Source: Alteromonadales bacterium
Lineage (GTDB): Bacteria; Pseudomonadota; Gammaproteobacteria; Enterobacterales; GCA-2746155
NCBI GenBank assembly: GCA_964228485.1
Contig: CAXRAF010000072.1
Span: 1 to 34,847 of the forward strand
Reading direction: 5' to 3'
Length of the DNA stretch: 34,847 bases
Both the position numbers and the translations under genes were made by a program. Below are positions 28,003-34,847 of the stretch, in pieces. The notes under the pieces were generated by a model, which was given only the letters and a program-made list of their open reading frames with translations, ran no database searches and was not told where the DNA came from. Every line of letters starts with the position of its first letter. Position 1 is the stretch's first letter.

Positions 28003-28773
28003 TCAGAACTTGTCTTTCCAGCGGCGGATAGAGGCAAAGACGTCAACAGGGTCTGAACCTATGATCATATCACGTTGACGAGCAGCCTGAATCACTTTTG
28101 GCTCATGACATCGTAAGAAAGGATTAATACGTTTCTCCAGTCCAATAGATGAGGGTACGGTGGGTATATCCTGCTTGCGCATCTGGTGAGCCTTCTGAGT
28201 GAAGTCAATTAAGGTCTGATTATCTGAGTCCACGGTATTGGCAAAGGCAAGATTACTCAGCGTATATTCATGAGCGCAGTAAATTTGTGTTTCTTCAGGC
28301 AGCGTCATAAGTAATTGTAGTGACTGATACATCTGTGCCATGGTTCCTTCAAAAACGCGTCCACAACCTGCTACAAACAGTGTGTCACCACAAAATAAAC
28401 GCTTATCAGCATAGTAGGCAACATGCCCGAGGGTATGTCCCGGTATACTCAAAACCTCAAAGCTAATGTCCGTTAGTGGGAATTGTAATGTTTGCCCTTG
28501 CTTCACGTCATGATCAGCCCATGCCTTAACCTCGGTTTGAGGTCCATACACCGGTACTGGATGCGCCTTCAGGATCTGTTTGACACCACCGACATGGTCG
28601 GCATGTTTATGGGTAATTAGAATGGCCTCAAGGATTAGATTATGTGTGCTCAGGTATTCTAAAACTGGTTCTGGCTGTCCGGGGTCGACCAAGAGACAAT
28701 GACCACTCGCGGTATTCTTAATAAGCCAGATATAGTTATCACTAAACGCTTTAATGGGTTGTACTTCTATCAC
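28003..28773 (-). CDS. gloB: Hydroxyacylglutathione hydrolase (glyoxalase II); GTG 28773 preferred over TTG 28794
   Basis: DNYIW, THKHADHVGG, PGHTLGH, FCGDTLF, CAHEYT, NPFLR, RRWKD. Confidence 0.95.
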   Translation of the reverse strand: MIEVQPIKAFSDNYIWLIKNTASGHCLLVDPGQPEPVLEYLSTHNLILEAILITHKHADHVGGVKQILKAHPVPVYGPQTEVKAWADHDVKQGQTLQFPLTDISFEVLSIPGHTLGHVAYYADKRLFCGDTLFVAGCGRVFEGTMAQMYQSLQLLMTLPEETQIYCAHEYTLSNLAFANTVDSDNQTLIDFTQKAHQMRKQDIPTVPSSIGLEKRINPFLRCHEPKVIQAARQRDMIIGSDPVDVFASIRRWKDKF

Positions 28774-28887
28774 TGGGATACCTGTATAGCTCAATCTATC
28801 GAGATAGGTTATTCTATCAGTTCATCTAAAGAGGTGAAATGACGCACACTTCTGAAGTGCCTTAATTGCGGATCAACAAAGCTGAGT

Positions 28888-29640
28888 ATGCCATTGAAAT
28901 CAAAATTAGAGCGACAGCATCAGGGAATATTATGGAAGCACTTTCCTAATGACCATATTGCGCGTCAGCTAATACAGACACAGCTAAACCTTATTTTGCC
29001 CTCGGTGCATGGCTACTGCCTGACAACCTTGGGCGAATTAGCGGATGATTTCACGTTTGAGATGGCATCCGTTGTTAATGTTTTGCGTCTGAATGCCTCT
29101 GTTAGTAACTCGGCCTGGACGGATCCGGCCAGTCTTCCTTTGCCAGCCGATGATATTGATGCCATATTTCTTCCCTTTCAATTAGAGCAGGTTGATGACC
29201 CTCATGCATTACTGCGGCAGGCGTATCGTGCCCTGCGTCCGGGTGGGAAGCTCATTATATGCGCACTAAATCCATGGAGTTTGTGGGGAATTCGCCGCAC
29301 ACTGCGGCCATTTGACGGAAACCCACTGTGGCATATTCCGTACTATTCTCATCGTCGACTACTTGATTGGTTGAGTGTGCTCGATTTTGATGTCAAAGTG
29401 AGCCACAGTTTCATGAATCCGCTGTGGCTAAAGAAATACCAACAGGGTGACACGCTCATTACATCAGCAAGCTACTCTATATTTGGCTGTATTAACTTTA
29501 TTGTTGCTGACAAGCGTGTGATCCCACTCACCATGAAACCAACCTGGCACAAGATTAAATCAAGCGGAGCCATTGGTATAGAAGGCTTTCACAAAACCAT
29601 GATCCAACCCCCTTATGAACTAGGAAATAAGCATGACTGA
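28888..29640 (+). CDS. YafS-like class I SAM methyltransferase-fold protein
   Basis: [39 protein letters not shown]; conserved position between gloB and rnhA. Confidence 0.8.
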   Translation: MPLKSKLERQHQGILWKHFPNDHIARQLIQTQLNLILPSVHGYCLTTLGELADDFTFEMASVVNVLRLNASVSNSAWTDPASLPLPADDIDAIFLPFQLEQVDDPHALLRQAYRALRPGGKLIICALNPWSLWGIRRTLRPFDGNPLWHIPYYSHRRLLDWLSVLDFDVKVSHSFMNPLWLKKYQQGDTLITSASYSIFGCINFIVADKRVIPLTMKPTWHKIKSSGAIGIEGFHKTMIQPPYELGNKHD

Positions 29641-30085
29641 TACGCTGAAGCACGTCACAATTTATACCGATGGAGGTTGTCGTGGTAACCCCGGGATCGG
29701 CGGTTGGGGTGTTGTGTTGAAATATGATGGCCACGAAAAGCATTTATTTGGTGGTGAGGCTGAAACCACCAATAACAGAATGGAGTTGACCGCCGCCATT
29801 AAAGCACTTCAAGCGTTAAAACAATCCTGTGCTGTGACGCTCTATACTGACTCTCAGTATGTCAAACAAGGTATTGAACAGTGGCTCGCTAACTGGAAAA
29901 AAAACAATTGGCGTACAGCGGCTAAAAAAGCCGTAAAAAATCAGGATTTATGGCAACTTTTAGATACTGAAGTGCAGCGACATAAAGTAAAATGGGACTG
30001 GGTGAAGGGGCATTCTGGTAATCCAGGCAATGAGCTGGCGGATGAACTTGCAAATAGAGGCATGGACCAGCTTCTTGAATCGTAA
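29633..30085 (+). CDS. rnhA: Ribonuclease HI
   Basis: [35 protein letters not shown]. Confidence 0.98.
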   Translation: MTDTLKHVTIYTDGGCRGNPGIGGWGVVLKYDGHEKHLFGGEAETTNNRMELTAAIKALQALKQSCAVTLYTDSQYVKQGIEQWLANWKKNNWRTAAKKAVKNQDLWQLLDTEVQRHKVKWDWVKGHSGNPGNELADELANRGMDQLLES

Positions 30086-30126
30086 GCCTTATCACCACTA
30101 ACACAGCAAACGAACACGAATATTTC

Positions 30127-30828
30127 ATGAGACAAATCGTACTAGATACAGAAACTACCGGATTAGAGCCCTCGTTGGGTCACCGTGTAATCGAGATTGG
30201 TTGCGTGGAGCTTGATGAACGTAAACTCACCGGCAATCACTATCACCAATACATCAACCCAGAGCGTGAGGTCGATCAGGGGGCATTGGATGTCCATGGG
30301 ATCAGTAATGATTTTCTGGCAGAAAAGCCGACCTTTATACATATTGTTGATGATTTTCTCGATTATGTGAAAGGGGCAGAGCTCGTTATTCACAATGCCC
30401 CGTTTGACGTTGGTTTCATCAACCATGAGTTACGTCTGGCTGAAGAAATGCATGGCAAATCATATGGTGTCATTGAGGATTACTGCACCGTGTTGGATAC
30501 CCTGGTGTATGCACGGAAAAAACATCCGGGTCAGAAAAATAGTCTCGATGCCTTGTGTAAGCGATATTCGGTCGATAATTCGCAGCGTGATTTACATGGC
30601 GCACTGCTAGACTCTGAAATTCTCGCCGATGTTTATCTGTTGATGACAGGGGGACAGGCCTCCTTATCATTGGATAGTGAGGCGGCAACACAGAGTGATA
30701 CGCAAGCAACAGCGACTAAATTAACGCGCAACAGCCAGACATTTATTGTGCACCGGGCAACTGATGACGAGCAGCAGGCACACGAGGATTTTATGACCCG
30801 TGTCATGAAAGTAGAAACTACTTTTTAA
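30127..30828 (+). CDS. dnaQ: DNA polymerase III epsilon subunit
   Basis: LDTETTG, HNAPFD, HGALLD, MTGGQASL. Confidence 0.97.
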   Translation: MRQIVLDTETTGLEPSLGHRVIEIGCVELDERKLTGNHYHQYINPEREVDQGALDVHGISNDFLAEKPTFIHIVDDFLDYVKGAELVIHNAPFDVGFINHELRLAEEMHGKSYGVIEDYCTVLDTLVYARKKHPGQKNSLDALCKRYSVDNSQRDLHGALLDSEILADVYLLMTGGQASLSLDSEAATQSDTQATATKLTRNSQTFIVHRATDDEQQAHEDFMTRVMKVETTF

Positions 30829-30868
30829 CCCAGTGCTTTATTATTAAAACTATATTAAGGGATCAAAA

Positions 30869-31972
30869 TTGGAATTTTTGTACGACTTCGGCCTGTTTCT
30901 TCTCAAGGCCATAACAATTGTTGCTGCTATTTTATTTGTGGTAGCGGGCGTAATTAGCGCCGGTGCAAAGAATAAAACTGCCAAAGGTAAGCAGAAACCT
31001 CGTGGTGAGGTAACGTTAACGAATTTAACTGAAAAGCATCTTGATATGGTCAGCCATCTTAAACAAGAGCTCGTTTCAGCTCATGAGGCTAAGATCATTG
31101 CTAAAGCCGATAAGAAAGCCGCTAAAGAAAAAGATAAAGCCGCCAAAGAAAAGGCGAAAGAATTCGAAAAGCAGGGGGCAAATGATACCGAACATGATCT
31201 AGAATCAACTATAGAAAAAGAACATAAACGGTTGTTTATAATAGATTTTAATGGCGATATAAAGGCCAGCGCTGTAGCCAGCCTACGAGAGGAAATCAGT
31301 GCCATACTTACACTGGCTACTGAGGGCGATGAAGTGCTCCTCAAGCTCGAAAGTCCGGGTGGTATGGTACATGGTTATGGCTTGGCGGCATCGCAATTAC
31401 AGCGCATTCGTGACAAGGGTATTCCGCTAACAGTTGCCGTTGATAAGGTAGCAGCGAGTGGTGGTTACATGATGGCAGTTGTTGCGGATCATATCGCAGC
31501 AGCACCATTTGCCATCATTGGCTCCATTGGTGTGATTGCTCAATTACCCAACTTCAACAAGGTGCTGAAGAAATTAGATGTTGATTATGAACAGCACACG
31601 GCAGGCGAATACAAGCGCACCCTGACAGTGTTTGGTGAAAATACCGATAAAGATCGCGAAAAATTCCAAGAGGAATTAGAAGATACGCACGTGCTCTTCA
31701 AAGAATTCGTCAACCAGAACCGTCCTGATTTAGATGTTGATAGTGTCGCCACAGGAGAGCATTGGTACGGTCAACGAGCCATTGATAAGGGACTAATTGA
31801 TAGTATCAAAACATCTGATGATTTGATCCTTGACGCTATTCAGGAAAAAGAGGTGTTTGAGGTAACCTATGAGATACCTAAGACACTGGGCGAAAAAATT
31901 GGATTCAATGTGGCAAAGATTGTTGAAAGTGCCAGTTTAAAGCTGTTCAATAATCATCAAACCGGAGCATAG
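30869..31972 (+). CDS. sohB: S49 family protease SohB
   Basis: N-terminal TM, DFNGDIKAS, LESPGGMVHGYGLAASQL, AASGGYMMA, TAGEYKRT; TTG start. Confidence 0.95.
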   Translation: MEFLYDFGLFLLKAITIVAAILFVVAGVISAGAKNKTAKGKQKPRGEVTLTNLTEKHLDMVSHLKQELVSAHEAKIIAKADKKAAKEKDKAAKEKAKEFEKQGANDTEHDLESTIEKEHKRLFIIDFNGDIKASAVASLREEISAILTLATEGDEVLLKLESPGGMVHGYGLAASQLQRIRDKGIPLTVAVDKVAASGGYMMAVVADHIAAAPFAIIGSIGVIAQLPNFNKVLKKLDVDYEQHTAGEYKRTLTVFGENTDKDREKFQEELEDTHVLFKEFVNQNRPDLDVDSVATGEHWYGQRAIDKGLIDSIKTSDDLILDAIQEKEVFEVTYEIPKTLGEKIGFNVAKIVESASLKLFNNHQTGA

Positions 31973-31973
31973 A

Positions 31974-33923
31974 GTGAGCAAAACACAGGCTCCGTATGGC
32001 TCATGGCCATCAGCAATATCTGCTGAGTCACTGGCCAGTTCGTCGATCCGCTATGGTCATATTCAGGCCGACAATGGCGGTTTTTACTGGTTACAATCAC
32101 AACCAGAGAACAATGGCCGACAAACCATTCTTTGTTATCAGGCAGATGCTGAAGTCAAAGGCGTCATTCCAGCCGATTATTCGGTCAGAAGTCGTTTGCA
32201 TGAGTATGGTGGAGGGGACTTTGCCGTACATAATGGCACCATTGTTTTTGCCAATGATGCAGATCAACGTCTGTATTGCTTATCAGATGGTGCTATCAGG
32301 GCTCTAACGCCAGAGCCAGCACATCGGCACGGCTTACGATACTCTGATATGCATTTTCACCCCTCGGGAGAGTGGTTGGTCGCGGTGCGTGAACGTCACC
32401 CCGAAGACCATGATCCACAGGCTGTTATCAATGATATCGTAGCCATCGACATCACATCTGGTACTGTTACGCAGTTGATTTCTGGCGATGATTTCTATGC
32501 CTACCCAAGAATAGCGCATAGTGGCGATGATATTGCTTGGATAAGTTGGAATCATCCGGATATGCCTTGGGATAATACTACCCTCTATCGTGCCAAGGTG
32601 TCGAAAACCGCAGTCAGCGATGTTACTGCCTACATGGAGCAGGATGAGGAAGCCATATATCAGCCCTCGTGGTGTCCTGATGGCGAACTTCATTTTGTCT
32701 CCGATCGCAGTAACTGGTGGAATATTTACTCCCTACGCGACAATCTGCTCAATGCGCTGACACCCATGGTTGCTGAATTTGGTTTCCCGATGTGGCAACT
32801 GGGTATTCGTAGTTATCAATTCTTAAGCGATGACCGCATCGCGGCGCTCATAAGTCACGATGGTTATGAACAGCTTTGTATCGTCGAGACAGATAGCGGC
32901 CATATCGTGCCCTGTGACCTGCCATTTTGTTACTTTCAGTCAGGTATTCAGCTTGAGGGTGACACATTGTACTTCATTGCCGCTGCGGATAACCTATCGA
33001 CGGCTGTTTATCGCTATGACTACAAAATCGAAGTGCTGACCTGTATTAGTGGTCAACCGGAGCCTGCAAACAATGCCATTTCGCGTGCTCAATCGATGTA
33101 TTTCCCTACCGCCAATGACGAGCGGGCCCATGCCTTTTTCTACCAGCCTCTGAACAGCGACTTTGCAGCGAGTGAGGCAGAGAAACCTCCGGTAATTGTC
33201 ATGATCCATGGCGGACCGACTGGAGCAACCTCGGCAGCCTACCAAACTGCGATTCAGTTCTGGACCAGTCGTGGATTTGCAGTCATAGATGTTAACCATC
33301 GGGGCAGTACAGGTTTTGGCCGAGTGTATCGTAACGCCTTGCGCTATCAATGGGGTATCACTGAGGTCGAGGACTGCATCGCGGTGATTGATCATCTAAT
33401 TGCTGAGCAACTGATTGATCCTGACCGTGTTGCTATTCGTGGTGGTAGTGCAGGTGGTTACACGGTCTATCGGGCATTACAAAGCTCGGATCGCTTTAAA
33501 GCAGGCATGAGTCGCTATGGGGTGGCTGATTTAACAGCACTGGCAAAGGATACCCACAAATTTGAACTGCGCTATCTGGATCGACTGATTGGTGCTTATC
33601 CAGAGCAGGCAGAGCGCTATCAAGAGCTATCACCACTGAATCACTCGGATAAGTTTAGCTGTCCATTATTACTGCTACAGGGCGACGAGGATGCGATTGT
33701 GCCGCCATCACAGTCTATCGCCATGGCTGAGGCACTCAATAGTAAAGGGATTCCACATCAGCTAGTGATACTTGAAGGCGAGCAACATGGTTTCAGACAA
33801 AAGCACAATGTCATCAAAGCTCTGGAACTTGAGTTGAATTTTTACCGTCAGGTATTTGCTATTGCGGCTGATGAGACTCTAGCGGAACTGCAGTTAGAGC
33901 ATAGCCAGCAATTGCTGCGCTAA
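31974..33923 (+). CDS. S9 (prolyl oligopeptidase/acylaminoacyl peptidase) family peptidase
   Basis: APYGSWPS, HEYGGG, HGGPT, catalytic GGSAGG, DEDAIV, EQHGF. Confidence 0.92.
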   Translation: MSKTQAPYGSWPSAISAESLASSSIRYGHIQADNGGFYWLQSQPENNGRQTILCYQADAEVKGVIPADYSVRSRLHEYGGGDFAVHNGTIVFANDADQRLYCLSDGAIRALTPEPAHRHGLRYSDMHFHPSGEWLVAVRERHPEDHDPQAVINDIVAIDITSGTVTQLISGDDFYAYPRIAHSGDDIAWISWNHPDMPWDNTTLYRAKVSKTAVSDVTAYMEQDEEAIYQPSWCPDGELHFVSDRSNWWNIYSLRDNLLNALTPMVAEFGFPMWQLGIRSYQFLSDDRIAALISHDGYEQLCIVETDSGHIVPCDLPFCYFQSGIQLEGDTLYFIAAADNLSTAVYRYDYKIEVLTCISGQPEPANNAISRAQSMYFPTANDERAHAFFYQPLNSDFAASEAEKPPVIVMIHGGPTGATSAAYQTAIQFWTSRGFAVIDVNHRGSTGFGRVYRNALRYQWGITEVEDCIAVIDHLIAEQLIDPDRVAIRGGSAGGYTVYRALQSSDRFKAGMSRYGVADLTALAKDTHKFELRYLDRLIGAYPEQAERYQELSPLNHSDKFSCPLLLLQGDEDAIVPPSQSIAMAEALNSKGIPHQLVILEGEQHGFRQKHNVIKALELELNFYRQVFAIAADETLAELQLEHSQQLLR

Positions 33924-33930
33924 GTTGACC

Positions 33931-34725
33931 TTAATCGTCGAGAATCTTCGATAATAGGCTTTTGACATTTTCAGGCTCAAAAGGCTTGTCACAAATAGCC
34001 GATACGCCTGCCTGCTGGAGGTGCTCAAGCCGTGCCTTGTCAGATTCACTAGTCACCATAAGCACCGGAACGTAAGGTTGAGCTGACTGGTGTCGGATAT
34101 AGTCAATCAACTCGTTGCCATCCATAACCGGCATGTTGAGGTCAGTGATAATTAAGTCAAACTGTTGCTCACTCATGCGCGCGATGGCCTCTTTACCGTT
34201 GAGTGCAGTGGTAATATTGTCGTCTCTAACGCCCATCTGATGAATGACATTTCTGATATTCTTCTGCGCCAGTAGGGAGTCATCGACAATCAGGACATCG
34301 AGATTCTCAACGTCGAAGTATTCTAAATCTAATTCGCCAGGCTCAATGTAGTGAATGGTCGTATTGAGTGCTCGCTGCAAATCAGCATCCGAGAACGGTT
34401 TGGGTAGTATGGCGATAACGCCAGCCTGTCGGATTGGCTCCAGCATGCGGAAACTCTGCTCGCTGGATATGAGCATGAAAGGGATCTCATCGGTAGCCTG
34501 GTTTTCGCGAATGGCAGTCACTAAATCGATACCCGTCATATCAGAGAAGTACATTGAACTAATCACCAAGTCAGGCTTATCTTTAGCAATCATTTCCAGC
34601 GCTTCTTGTCCTGAACTGACACCTGTGATGCTACCCACTCCGGCCTCCTCAAGATGTTGAATAATGAATTTGCTCTGAACATTTGATGGCTCGACTAGAA
34701 GGATATACAAATCACTGATATTCAC
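33931..34725 (-). CDS. Tandem-receiver response regulator (degenerate REC plus canonical REC)
   Basis: Domain 1 LLVEPS, LVISSMYF, LPKPF; domain 2 LIVDDS, IITDLNMP, VTS, DKPF. Confidence 0.88.
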   Translation of the reverse strand: MNISDLYILLVEPSNVQSKFIIQHLEEAGVGSITGVSSGQEALEMIAKDKPDLVISSMYFSDMTGIDLVTAIRENQATDEIPFMLISSEQSFRMLEPIRQAGVIAILPKPFSDADLQRALNTTIHYIEPGELDLEYFDVENLDVLIVDDSLLAQKNIRNVIHQMGVRDDNITTALNGKEAIARMSEQQFDLIITDLNMPVMDGNELIDYIRHQSAQPYVPVLMVTSESDKARLEHLQQAGVSAICDKPFEPENVKSLLSKILDD

Positions 34726-34770
34726 GCTAAATTTACTTCCTGATGTAAGGTTCTGTGGGTGTCTTTAGAA

Positions 34771-34799
34771 AGCATAGGTCGTAAGTATAAACTCGGCAA
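34771..34799 (-). promoter_or_regulatory. Putative sigma70 promoter for the tandem-receiver gene
   Basis: TTGCCG-N17-TATGCT on the minus strand, 45 nt upstream of the GTG start. Confidence 0.5.
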
Positions 34800-34847
34800 A
34801 TCTTTCTCCGTGACTCCCAGTCTGACCAAGCAAGTAAATGATTGACC

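Noticed and set aside
31100-31165. Lys/Ala-rich near-duplication in sohB (KKAAKEKDKAAKEKAKE)
   Set aside because: Low-complexity charged linker typical of the SohB N-terminal region
34722-34847. 41-codon open minus-strand frame whose TGA overlaps the GTG of the tandem-receiver gene
   Set aside because: No recognisable motif, plausible by chance at this length, and a well-spaced promoter occupies the same DNA; needs flanking sequence to settle
1-34847. CRISPR arrays, IS elements, prophage, toxin-antitoxin or defence genes
   Set aside because: None seen; nearly all sequence is accounted for by housekeeping genes and short spacers

Overview
Core-genome window of a gammaproteobacterium (marine-type gene set). 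I saw no mobile element, CRISPR array or defence island. Left to right: a partial membrane-protein gene; three tandem response regulators (the middle one with an N-terminal BldC/Xis-like HTH); tRNA-Leu(TAG); the tig-clpP-clpX-lon-hupB-ppiD proteostasis block; a convergent sapABCDF-type peptide ABC transporter; pspF divergent from a sigma54 operon (small unknown membrane ORF, pspA, pspB, pspC); a six-gene TonB2/Ttp-type energiser cluster; an HDOD-GAF protein; mltD-gloB / yafS-rnhA-dnaQ; sohB; an S9 peptidase; a tandem-receiver regulator. The most notable points are (1) ClpX carries GDVG instead of the near-invariant GYVG pore-1 loop (one base, real variant or sequence error), (2) an unrecognised 65-67 aa membrane protein is the first gene after the PspF/sigma54 promoter, (3) the receiver triad with a BldC-like HTH-REC protein and a palindrome upstream, and (4) a TonB with a predicted cross-strand Cys pair beside a poly-proline TPR partner. 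All calls come from motif recognition by eye; no database searches were run.
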